Assembly: GCA_048882645.1 (NCBI GenBank)
Contig: JBHLRJ010000001.1
Coordinates: 22,945-86,944, forward strand
DNA from: Candidatus Thorarchaeota archaeon
GTDB taxonomy: Archaea; Asgardarchaeota; Lokiarchaeia; Sigyniarchaeales; SOKP01
Length of the DNA stretch: 64,000 nt
Direction of reading: 5' to 3'
In this document: positions 9,653 to 17,369 of the stretch, in pieces
Layout: every line of letters starts with the position of its first letter
Position numbering within the stretch: the stretch's first letter is position 1
Notes under the pieces: generated by a model
The model's input: the letters and a program-made list of their open reading frames with translations, nothing else
What the model was told of the DNA's origin: nothing
Database searches by the model: none
Position numbers and translations under genes: made by a program

Positions 9653-10024
9653 CTATTCCTGAATTTTTATATTCTTGACATTCGCTTTTTTTCCTTCAAT
9701 TATTTCTGTATTATTGCTTCCACAATGAGAACACTGAAATAATTGTAATCCTGTTAATTGTGCATCCCGATTTAATGTAACTACCGATTCTTTATTACAA
9801 TCACGACAAGTAATTTTTCCAGGAGTAATTTTAATAATCAATTTCGCATTCTCTGCGATTGAACCCTTTGTAGCCATCTCAAAAGAACGTTGGAGAAGTT
9901 CAGGAACAATAAGAGTGAGTTCTCCGATTTCAAGATGTACTTCAGTGATTTGCTTAGCATTGTATTTTATTGCTGTAGCTTCAGCTACTTTAAATATATT
10001 ATAAGCGAAAGAAAATTCATGCAT
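9653..10024 (-). CDS. hypA: hydrogenase nickel-incorporation/maturation protein HypA
   Basis: 123-aa ORF. The N-terminal 'MHEFS' Ni-binding motif, 'EVHLEIGELT' and the Zn site 'CRDC...CSHCGS' are the classic HypA layout. Confidence 0.8.
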   Translation of the reverse strand: MHEFSFAYNIFKVAEATAIKYNAKQITEVHLEIGELTLIVPELLQRSFEMATKGSIAENAKLIIKITPGKITCRDCNKESVVTLNRDAQLTGLQLFQCSHCGSNNTEIIEGKKANVKNIKIQE

Positions 10025-10035
10025 GATATTGAAAC

Positions 10036-10332
10036 TTAGCTTTTTGATTGTAATTTTCTAATTTCTTTAGCTACTTCTACTAATACTTTTGATTTTTTTT
10101 TTCCTTTTGTATCAATTATAACTCTTCCAGCGTCATCCCACCAACTTCTAGAATATTTATAATGGTGCTCAATTTCAGCATTATAACCCAGATTTTTAGC
10201 TGCTTTCACGATAACATTTAGATTAATTTTATCAACTGCATATTTTTTAGGAAGCCGTCGACCTTTACTTCGGCTCCGTTTTGCATCGAAATATTGTGGC
10301 CAAAATATTAAAAACGGCTTTCTTGATCTCAT
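10036..10332 (-). CDS. srp19: signal recognition particle protein SRP19
   Basis: 98-aa ORF. 'IFWPQYFDAKRSRSKGRRLPKKYAV' plus 'NLGYNAE' match the SRP19 pattern. Confidence 0.8.
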   Translation of the reverse strand: MRSRKPFLIFWPQYFDAKRSRSKGRRLPKKYAVDKINLNVIVKAAKNLGYNAEIEHHYKYSRSWWDDAGRVIIDTKGKKKSKVLVEVAKEIRKLQSKS

Positions 10333-10491
10333 AAAATTAACAAATAGCTGGTTTAATTTGAAAAATTAATAAGAATAAAAACTCTTTAAGTAATATAAAA
10401 ATTATTAGTTAAATTTATAGCAAACACTGGGAAATAAATTTTATTTATGAATGAATATATTCTTTTATGTAAATAAGTCGAGGAAATCTAT

Positions 10492-12042
10492 ATGGATTTA
10501 AGAGAATTAGTAGAAAATCAAGCAAAAAAATACCAAGATAGAGTTTTTTTATATTGGAAGGATAAAACTGTCTCCTATGCTCAATTAAACGAACTAACTA
10601 ATAAAGTTGCGAATTTTCTGTATGATTTAGGAATTAGAAAAGGAGATAAAGTAAGTGTTTATCTCCCTAACATGCCTGAATATGTGTATTTATATTTGGG
10701 CATTCCCAAAATTGGGGCTGTTACTGGTCCTGTAAATGCATTATTCAAAACTCGAGAAGTTAAATTTGTTGTAGGGCATTCAGAAGCTAAAGCAATAGTT
10801 ACTATTCCACAATTCATGGAGATAGTTAATGAAATTAAAACTGATCTTCCTGATTTAAAACACGTGATAATTATTGGGAATCCTGTGGAAAATACTCTTA
10901 ATTTTCAGGAACTGATGGATAAATCATCAAGTGAGCCTCCTCCCCATGTAGAAATTAATGAAAAAGATGATGTGGCTGCTATTCTTTACACATCAGGAAC
11001 AACAGGCTTTCCTAAGGGTGTATTGCAAACTCACTTTAATATCCGTAGAAATGCTGAAATGATTCAAGAATTTTTAAAAGCTAAACCAGACTTTCGCTTT
11101 ATGCTCATTCTACCACTTTTCCATGTCAATGCTCAAATTGTTACTGTTATGGCACCGTTTTCAATAGGAGCTAGCTGTATTTTAACACCAGGGTTCTCAG
11201 CCCAAACACATTGGGAAACAGTTGCAAAGTATAAAGCATCCACCTTCAGTGCAGTACCAACTGTATTATCTATATTACTTCGGATGCCACATGAAAATTT
11301 AGATCTTTCTTCTTTAGAATTTATAATCTGTGGAGCTGCTCCCTTACCTGTAGAAGTGTTTCGAGAATTTGAAGATACATTCAAATGTAAAATTGTAGAA
11401 GGTTATGGTCTTACTGAAGGTACATGCGCTTCTTCTGTAAATCCTTTACCTACAGAAACTGAAGATAGACGAAAAGTGGGAAGTATTGGTATCCCTCTCC
11501 CAGGGAATGAGATGAAAATTGTAAATGATAAAGGTAATGATGTCTCTCCGAATACGAAAGGTGAAATTGTTATTAAAGGAGATAATGTAATGAAAGAATA
11601 TTTCAAGAATCCTGAAGCAAACGCTGAAACACTTAAGGAGGGGTGGTTATATACAGGAGATATTGGTCACATGGATGAGGATGGATTTTTCTTTATAACA
11701 GACCGTAAGAAAGATATGATAATTAGAGGAGGAGAAAATATATATCCCCGAGAAATAGAAGAGGTGCTCTATTCACACCCCGCAGTGTCGTTAGCAACAG
11801 TTATAGGAGTAAGAGATAAGATATATGGTGAACTTCCTAAAGCTTTCATTGTATTGAAAGAAGGAGAGTCAATAACAGCTGAAGAAATTATTGAATACTG
11901 CAGAAAAAATTTAGCCGATTTCAAAATCCCTAAATATGTGGAATTTAGAGATGACCTAGAGAAGACACCTACAGGTAAGATAATGAAACAACCCCTACGC
12001 GAAGAAGAGGAAGCCAAAAGTGGAAAAATATTCGATTCTTAA
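10492..12042 (+). CDS. AMP-dependent acyl-CoA synthetase/ligase (fatty-acid--CoA ligase-like)
   Basis: 516-aa ORF. AMP-binding motif 'LYTSGTTGFPKGV', plus 'EGYGLTE', 'YTGDIG' and 'PKTPTGKI'-like 'EKTPTGKIMK'. Confidence 0.85.
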   Translation: MDLRELVENQAKKYQDRVFLYWKDKTVSYAQLNELTNKVANFLYDLGIRKGDKVSVYLPNMPEYVYLYLGIPKIGAVTGPVNALFKTREVKFVVGHSEAKAIVTIPQFMEIVNEIKTDLPDLKHVIIIGNPVENTLNFQELMDKSSSEPPPHVEINEKDDVAAILYTSGTTGFPKGVLQTHFNIRRNAEMIQEFLKAKPDFRFMLILPLFHVNAQIVTVMAPFSIGASCILTPGFSAQTHWETVAKYKASTFSAVPTVLSILLRMPHENLDLSSLEFIICGAAPLPVEVFREFEDTFKCKIVEGYGLTEGTCASSVNPLPTETEDRRKVGSIGIPLPGNEMKIVNDKGNDVSPNTKGEIVIKGDNVMKEYFKNPEANAETLKEGWLYTGDIGHMDEDGFFFITDRKKDMIIRGGENIYPREIEEVLYSHPAVSLATVIGVRDKIYGELPKAFIVLKEGESITAEEIIEYCRKNLADFKIPKYVEFRDDLEKTPTGKIMKQPLREEEEAKSGKIFDS

Positions 12043-12044
12043 TC

Positions 12045-12054
12045 TTTTTTTTTT
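12045..12054 (+). terminator. oligo-T tract (candidate archaeal transcription terminator)
   Basis: Run of 10 T starting 3 nt after the stop codon of the acyl-CoA ligase gene. Archaeal RNAP terminates at oligo-dT. Confidence 0.35.
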
Positions 12055-12131
12055 AATCATGAGTAAAAATAAATAGAATTTATTATTCTTTATAATACGA
12101 GTATAAAAAAGACTATATGGAATATATTTTC

Positions 12132-12141
12132 TTTATTAAAA
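12132..12141 (+). promoter_or_regulatory. TATA-box-like element upstream of tRNA-Pro
   Basis: 'TTTATTAAAA' is centred about 23 nt upstream of tRNA nucleotide 1, consistent with archaeal TATA spacing. AT-rich background makes this weak. Confidence 0.3.
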
Positions 12142-12158
12142 TTTACACTCTTTTAATT

Positions 12159-12262
12159 GGGAGGGTGGTCTAGCTTGGTATGATACCGTAAAGTGCTATC
12201 TTTTACGGCATAAAACTTGGCTGGGGGCCAAGTGGTCGGGGGTTCAATTCCCCCCTCTCCCA
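12159..12262 (+). tRNA. tRNA-Pro (anticodon GGG) interrupted by a ~30-nt intron at a non-canonical position
   Basis: Hand-folded. Acceptor GGGAGGG/CTCTCCC; D-arm GTCT-AGCTTGGTA-TGAT; anticodon arm CTTGG-CTGGGGG-CCAAG (GGG at 12223-12225, G37); variable TGGTC; T-arm GGGGG-TTCAATT-CCCCC; discriminator A. About 12186-12215 must be removed. It is a GC-rich island in AT-rich DNA. Confidence 0.75.
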
Positions 12263-12279
12263 TTTATTATGATCTGTAT

Positions 12280-13752
12280 TTAACGCCACCAATCTCTTTC
12301 AGCTAACCTCCGATATTCCCTTTCTAATTCTTTAATTTCTTCAGAATAGTCTTTGAAAAACCATTTTGGTTTATTTTGAAGAAACATTCTCTCCCGTAAT
12401 ACATCATAATGAGATTTACCTCTTAAGCTTGTGAGTTTTGCTATATCTTCAGATTTTAATTTACCGCTAGCTACCAAATCCATCCGGGTTTTAAATTGAT
12501 CTTCAAGTTTAATATCTCTAAGGATTATAGAAACGGCTTTAGCTATTTTGTTTATAATTTCACTTAATTCCGATTTGTGATCTTGTTTAAATTCATCAAT
12601 CTTGTACAGGAAAGTATATATCTCATGTAAAATCTGTTCTTTATCTTGATAACTTATTAAATTTTTAGGATGAAGTTTTAGTGATAAGTAATTTATAACA
12701 TTCTCTCTAAGCTTAGAAGTAACACCTATTCTATTCATTTCCTTTTCTAATGTTACTAAAAATTTTCTCTTTAGGTACTGTTTGAACCTTATTATGATGG
12801 CTTCAGTTTCCCTTTGATCTGAACAAATTTCAATAATTTCACCTCTAGGAGTTGAATAAGTAAATCCATAACCTTCTGGACCTAATCCCCCATAAATAAC
12901 CATGGATAAACTATAAAACTTATAATGATTTTTATTTAAGATATTTTCCTTATTTTTTAACACGTTCTCGGGATAAACAAGATGTATTTCACGGTAGAGA
13001 CGTGACAGACGTTCTCCATTAAAAGTATTAATGAAGACGTAACGCGGACTAAATTCTAAAGTTATAGTATCCTTATTTGAAGTTTCTGAATTTTGTCTAG
13101 TTTCAACTTTTTTAATAAAATCTTCCACTTTTCCTAAATTTCTCACACTTAACCCATAAATGGTGAAACCATCTGTCCAGTTTTTTAAAAAATTGGGATC
13201 CCTTACATATTCTCTTTCAGGAGAGCTTAACCATATCAAATAATCATTTGGCATTACTTTACAGACATAATATATTAATGAATCCGAGAAACTACCAAAT
13301 AAATCTTTTAAGTTAATCGCAAGTAATGGGTCCTCCTCTTTTATTTCCTTAACTACTTCTAATTCCTCTTTAGTTAAATTTCTCTCAAATAAGTTGTATT
13401 TATTAAAAAAACCAACAAGTCTAATAATTCTACTTACATCTACACCAAGACCACCCACATGTAATTTACTAATAATTTTATAGACATCAATATTCGAGAC
13501 ATCAATAAAGATTCCTAATTTGTCAGAATAATTAAACAACTGACTAAATTCATTAAATCGGCTAGAACGTAGTAATTTGGAAAGAGCACTATAATAAGTT
13601 CTTTCAAGATTAGATTTGAATTTCTCATAATTTTTTGAATCGACAATAGACGAGGGATTGTTTTCTGTAAATTTATCAACTCGGCTTATGAATTCTGAGA
13701 TGTTTTGCGATTTTAACGACTTAGTAAGAGCTTGAAATTGTGATGATTCCAT
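12280..13752 (-). CDS. hypothetical protein (no recognisable family)
   Basis: 490-aa uninterrupted ORF in an AT-rich genome where long ORFs are unlikely by chance. No motif recognised. Confidence 0.6.
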   Translation of the reverse strand: MESSQFQALTKSLKSQNISEFISRVDKFTENNPSSIVDSKNYEKFKSNLERTYYSALSKLLRSSRFNEFSQLFNYSDKLGIFIDVSNIDVYKIISKLHVGGLGVDVSRIIRLVGFFNKYNLFERNLTKEELEVVKEIKEEDPLLAINLKDLFGSFSDSLIYYVCKVMPNDYLIWLSSPEREYVRDPNFLKNWTDGFTIYGLSVRNLGKVEDFIKKVETRQNSETSNKDTITLEFSPRYVFINTFNGERLSRLYREIHLVYPENVLKNKENILNKNHYKFYSLSMVIYGGLGPEGYGFTYSTPRGEIIEICSDQRETEAIIIRFKQYLKRKFLVTLEKEMNRIGVTSKLRENVINYLSLKLHPKNLISYQDKEQILHEIYTFLYKIDEFKQDHKSELSEIINKIAKAVSIILRDIKLEDQFKTRMDLVASGKLKSEDIAKLTSLRGKSHYDVLRERMFLQNKPKWFFKDYSEEIKELEREYRRLAERDWWR

Positions 13753-13922
13753 AGTTAAAAAAAATTTTGGCAGTAGGGAATTTATAAGATACTTAAATTA
13801 GTGGTGTTGATGATCATTATTTAATTTGATTAAAATAAACATCTCCTAATTATTATAAGTTTTTAAGTATAGTTGATCTTCTTTTTAATTAAAAATATTA
13901 AAAAATTATAAAGTGAATTAAA

Positions 13923-14228
13923 ATGAGTGAAATACAAGAAACAGATAAAGCAATGCGAATTATCGCAATCATAGGGGGATTTATCGCTTTAGTAGAATCA
14001 TTATTAGTGTTAATAAATTTAAGATTACTGTCTTATGGTGAATTCTTTGGAATTTGGAGTGGGATCCTGGGGATAATCTTTGCAATTTTAGCTATTTTTT
14101 TAGGTATTAAACCAATTCGATATACTCCAGTCTTTCTAGGTATTTTAGGCATAGCTCTCATTGTTTTTGGGATCTTAATAGGGGGTATATTCGTACTGCT
14201 GGCGGCTCTTCTAGGAGCACTTACATAG
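13923..14228 (+). CDS. small integral membrane protein (about 3 TM helices)
   Basis: 101-aa ORF made almost entirely of hydrophobic Gly/Ile/Leu-rich segments. Confidence 0.55.
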   Translation: MSEIQETDKAMRIIAIIGGFIALVESLLVLINLRLLSYGEFFGIWSGILGIIFAILAIFLGIKPIRYTPVFLGILGIALIVFGILIGGIFVLLAALLGALT

Positions 14229-14397
14229 TTTAAATAAAATTTAAGTTATTTTCTTTTTCTAGTTTATAGTACTTATTTAAATAAGGAATAAATTATCATT
14301 CCAAAGTAATATTTTATACAAATAAGATTTAATTTCTAATTAAAAATTTTATAAATACAATTTTAGATTATAATAATCTCAGGAGATAGTAAAGAAA

Positions 14398-15216
14398 TTG
14401 AAGTTAAGCTCAAGGATAAGATTAAACAATGGAATAGATATACCAATCTTAGGTTTGGGTACATGGCCACTTAAGGGAAAAGAAGCATATCAAGCTGTAT
14501 TATGGGCATTAGATATAGGATATAGATTAATAGATACAGCATCATTTTACGGTAATGAAAAAGAAATTGGAGATGCTTTGCATGAGACTGAAGTTGCTCG
14601 TGAAGATATTTTTATTACTACAAAGGTATGGAACAGTGAACAAGGATATAATAGTACATTGGAAGCATTCGAAAGGAGTTTAAAGCAGTTAAATTTAAAG
14701 TTCATTGATCTATATCTGATTCACTGGCCAATCAGTGGTTTAAGAAATGAAACATGGAAAGCCCTTGAAGAGATTTATGACAGCGAAAAAGTTAGAGCTA
14801 TTGGAGTTAGTAATTATACAGTTAAACACCTGAAGGAATTATTAGAACTATCTATTTTGATTCCGGCAGTAAATCAAGTTGAATTTTCTCCATTTTTGTA
14901 TCAAAAAGACTTATTAGAATACTGTCAATCCAAAGAAATCGCTGTAGAAGCCTATAGTCCGCTAACTCGTGGAAGAAGATTAAATAATAGTATATTACAA
15001 GAGATAGTGCGCAAATATAATAAAACACCGGCGCAAGTTTTAATTCGTTGGGGTTTGCAACATAATATTATTGAGATACCCAAATCAGGAAATAAGGATC
15101 ACCTTATTGAAAATTCACAAGTGTTTGATTTCAATTTAGATGAATATGATATGAATAAACTTGATACGTTAAATGAAGATTATCGTATTATAGATGATCC
15201 GCATTTAATCGATTAA
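14398..15216 (+). CDS. aldo/keto reductase
   Basis: 272-aa ORF with a TTG start. 'LNNGIDIPILGLGTW', 'IDTASFYGNEKEIG', 'LYLIHWP' and 'IPKSGNKDHLIEN' are AKR family blocks (2,5-diketo-D-gluconate reductase-like). Confidence 0.85.
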   Translation: MKLSSRIRLNNGIDIPILGLGTWPLKGKEAYQAVLWALDIGYRLIDTASFYGNEKEIGDALHETEVAREDIFITTKVWNSEQGYNSTLEAFERSLKQLNLKFIDLYLIHWPISGLRNETWKALEEIYDSEKVRAIGVSNYTVKHLKELLELSILIPAVNQVEFSPFLYQKDLLEYCQSKEIAVEAYSPLTRGRRLNNSILQEIVRKYNKTPAQVLIRWGLQHNIIEIPKSGNKDHLIENSQVFDFNLDEYDMNKLDTLNEDYRIIDDPHLID

Positions 15217-15322
15217 TTTTATCTCTAATTCGAATGCCTGAATTCATTTGGTATTCTATGCCAAATGAGCCAGCGTGAACGGTTCTTAACTTGATTATTA
15301 ATCTTTAATACTAAAACTAAAT

Positions 15323-16192
15323 TTAAGATAAAGCTAATGCTAAAAGCAATGCTCCTTGAATTTCGGACAACTTGCCAACTCTGGATGTATCAATGATTAT
15401 CTTGCTATGAGTTTTGTGATCATCAACCATATAAATCGCTCCATAAGCTCTTCCTCCCCCCAAGTGAACTAATGTCCGGTAAATTAAATTCCCTGAAATT
15501 CCCTCTGGAGCAATAATTAAATTAGATTTATTTGCAACAGCATTTTCAATTAGTATTTCATCATGAGTAATGTTTAATTTAGGGTATCTTCTTTTTATTG
15601 AGTCTACAACCTCTTCTCCTTCTCTGATGGACTTATCGATTTTCTTATTTCTACCAATATCTCCAATCCGTCCGCCACTTAAAACGCTAATAAGAGGCTC
15701 AATACCTAAATTCTCTAATTGTTTTATTGAACTTTCTATGAATTCAAGTTTAGATTCCTTATTATTACACTCGTCAATACCAACTGGTCCATAAAAGAAT
15801 TGATGTCCATTTACTGTTTCAAGGAGAGCTAATCTCTTGATAGTCTTTAGATTTAAATAATTTTTTGAATGAACTAAGAATTTACTTGAACTTAAAGAAC
15901 CTCGAACAATAGCATTAATTGTATTTTTTTCTAAGTAATCAAAAATATCCTTTTCAGGTTCAAAGGATTCAATAAAAAAGAGTTTAGAGTCATATTTTGA
16001 AGGAATATCCTTACTGATTTGGTTTATAAAATCCTTATTCCCAAATATGTATACCCTTGAAGAAAATTTTTTTAAGAAATTTTGAGATGCAATTAAAATT
16101 TTTTGGTTATGTAGTTCTGAGGAACCTAACCCGATACCAATATTACCACTTTTTACTTCTGCCAGTAATTCAAATTTATGTATTAAAGACAT
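15323..16192 (-). CDS. phosphate acyl/acetyltransferase-fold protein (PTA/PTB-like; possibly MtxX-like)
   Basis: 289-aa ORF. 'SVLSGGRIGD' and 'APEGISGNLIYRTL' resemble the PlsX/Pta/MtxX superfamily. Assignment is tentative. Confidence 0.4.
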   Translation of the reverse strand: MSLIHKFELLAEVKSGNIGIGLGSSELHNQKILIASQNFLKKFSSRVYIFGNKDFINQISKDIPSKYDSKLFFIESFEPEKDIFDYLEKNTINAIVRGSLSSSKFLVHSKNYLNLKTIKRLALLETVNGHQFFYGPVGIDECNNKESKLEFIESSIKQLENLGIEPLISVLSGGRIGDIGRNKKIDKSIREGEEVVDSIKRRYPKLNITHDEILIENAVANKSNLIIAPEGISGNLIYRTLVHLGGGRAYGAIYMVDDHKTHSKIIIDTSRVGKLSEIQGALLLALALS

Positions 16193-16204
16193 AATAGTAA
16201 ATAA

Positions 16205-17281
16205 TTAAAAAAATATAAACAAAAAATATACTATTAAAACCGTTAGTACATCATACACTCCATGTGTTATCATGACTGCAAGGAGATTCTCTTTTCGCCA
16301 ATGATAAAGCCACCCCAATAGTAGAGAAATTGCGAAATATGGAAAAAAAGATAAAAGAAAATAGAATACGGCAAGCAGTGGGGAAAGAATAGCTACAGTG
16401 AATACTCCTATTAAATGTATCATAGTAAAGATAATTGCTGTTATTAGTATTCCCCATGTGTTTCCAACTTTCCGAACTAATCCTTTTTGCAAAAATCCTC
16501 GAAAGAGAATTTCTTCAGATGTTCCAATTACCACTATCATTACTACACATAAAAGTATTAAGCTTCCTATATCTTGAGGTATAATACCTGTTTCTAAACC
16601 GCCAGTATCCCGTACAATTTGAGTTCCAAAAGCGAACTCTATTATTATTTCAAGAAGAATTGAAATTCCGTTAACCATTATCACTCCTGCGACAGCAAAG
16701 CCTAACCCTATAAAGATTTCTCTTACTATACCCTTTTTATCATAACCCCTTGTTGTAAATCCTAATAGGATAAAACGATTCTTAAGAGTAGGATTCTCGA
16801 GATATTTACCAGCAAAAATTAGGGGGAAGAGAAGAAAAACCAATTCAACTAAGGAAATTAAGGCTGTAAAGTATGAATTTGAAATTAAATTTAAGTCAAA
16901 CGATACAAAGATTATTAAGAAACTAATTGCAAATACGATTAAATTCATCATAAAATACGAAGCCATAGTTAATCCAATTGATATCCCGGGACCCCATATT
17001 TTATGTTCTTTAATATTAATTAAATCTTTATCTGCAATTTTAGGGCGTTTATGTGTAATATAAGTAGGTAGATATTTGGGAGTATATTTTGATACTTTAT
17101 ACGGAGATTCTGATGGTAACGTTTTATGATCTTTTAAATATTTAAGATTTGTGCCACATTTAATGCAGAATCTAAGGTTTTGTATGTTTGGAAGCTCATT
17201 TCCGCATATTGGGCAAAAAGACCAATCTGATTTGGAAGGATCTGATTGTTTATGTAAATTTTGGTCTTCTTTTTCATTCAT
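16205..17281 (-). CDS. CPBP-family (CAAX/Abi) intramembrane protease with N-terminal Zn-ribbon
   Basis: 358-aa ORF. N-terminal 'CPICGN...CIKCGTNL', multiple TM helices, and CPBP motifs 'SEEILFRGFLQ', 'FTMIHL' and 'ITHGVYD'. Confidence 0.8.
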   Translation of the reverse strand: MNEKEDQNLHKQSDPSKSDWSFCPICGNELPNIQNLRFCIKCGTNLKYLKDHKTLPSESPYKVSKYTPKYLPTYITHKRPKIADKDLINIKEHKIWGPGISIGLTMASYFMMNLIVFAISFLIIFVSFDLNLISNSYFTALISLVELVFLLFPLIFAGKYLENPTLKNRFILLGFTTRGYDKKGIVREIFIGLGFAVAGVIMVNGISILLEIIIEFAFGTQIVRDTGGLETGIIPQDIGSLILLCVVMIVVIGTSEEILFRGFLQKGLVRKVGNTWGILITAIIFTMIHLIGVFTVAILSPLLAVFYFLLSFFPYFAISLLLGWLYHWRKENLLAVMITHGVYDVLTVLIVYFLFIFF

Positions 17282-17369
17282 TACAAGAATAATAAAGTTC
17301 GTAATTACTAAAAACTTTACATTTCAAACTATAACGTATTATAGAAGATTTATAAAATCGCAAGTTATT

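Noticed and set aside
9653-10024. Interpreting HypA as marking a hydrogenase gene cluster.
   Set aside because: Its neighbours are SRP19 and a NUDIX hydrolase. No hydrogenase subunits or hypB-F genes are in the window.
11133-12017. Three minus-strand ORFs (11133..11384, 11403..11606, 11769..12017) inside the acyl-CoA synthetase gene. Similar antisense or out-of-frame ORFs occur at 32..241, 336..536, 2981..3181, 15570..15794, 16251..16457, 17151..17378, 17455..17649, 19121..19354, 19450..19650, 21019..21267, 24949..25218, 25582..25767, 27398..27604, 27683..27997, 30552..30740, 33924..34121, 35129..35344, 35483..35704, 36164..36433, 39925..40122, 41512..41715, 44711..44944, 44954..45187, 46600..46979, 48306..48515, 52932..53129, 54209..54427, 56447..56674, 58929..59120, 60121..60330, 60719..61126, 61404..61902 and 62474..62692.
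   Set aside because: All are embedded in, or largely overlap, longer ORFs with clear family signatures. Their products are low-complexity, Ser/Pro/Phe-rich mirror translations with no motifs. They are treated as shadow ORFs.
12159-12262. Alternative reading of the first tRNA as a type II tRNA (Leu/Ser), with CTTGGC/GCCAAG as a long variable arm and CCGTA...TACGG as the anticodon stem.
   Set aside because: That model needs a 13-nt anticodon loop with A32/A33 and no U33. The intron model gives a perfect 5-bp stem, a 7-nt loop CTGGGGG (U33, G37), a 5-nt variable loop and a canonical T-arm.
15244-15268. Perfect 8-bp inverted repeat TCATTTGG-(9 nt)-CCAAATGA between the convergent AKR and PTA-like genes; a possible terminator hairpin.
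   Set aside because: Archaeal termination is driven by oligo-T tracts rather than hairpins, and no T-run follows. A single short palindrome in AT-rich DNA is weak evidence.
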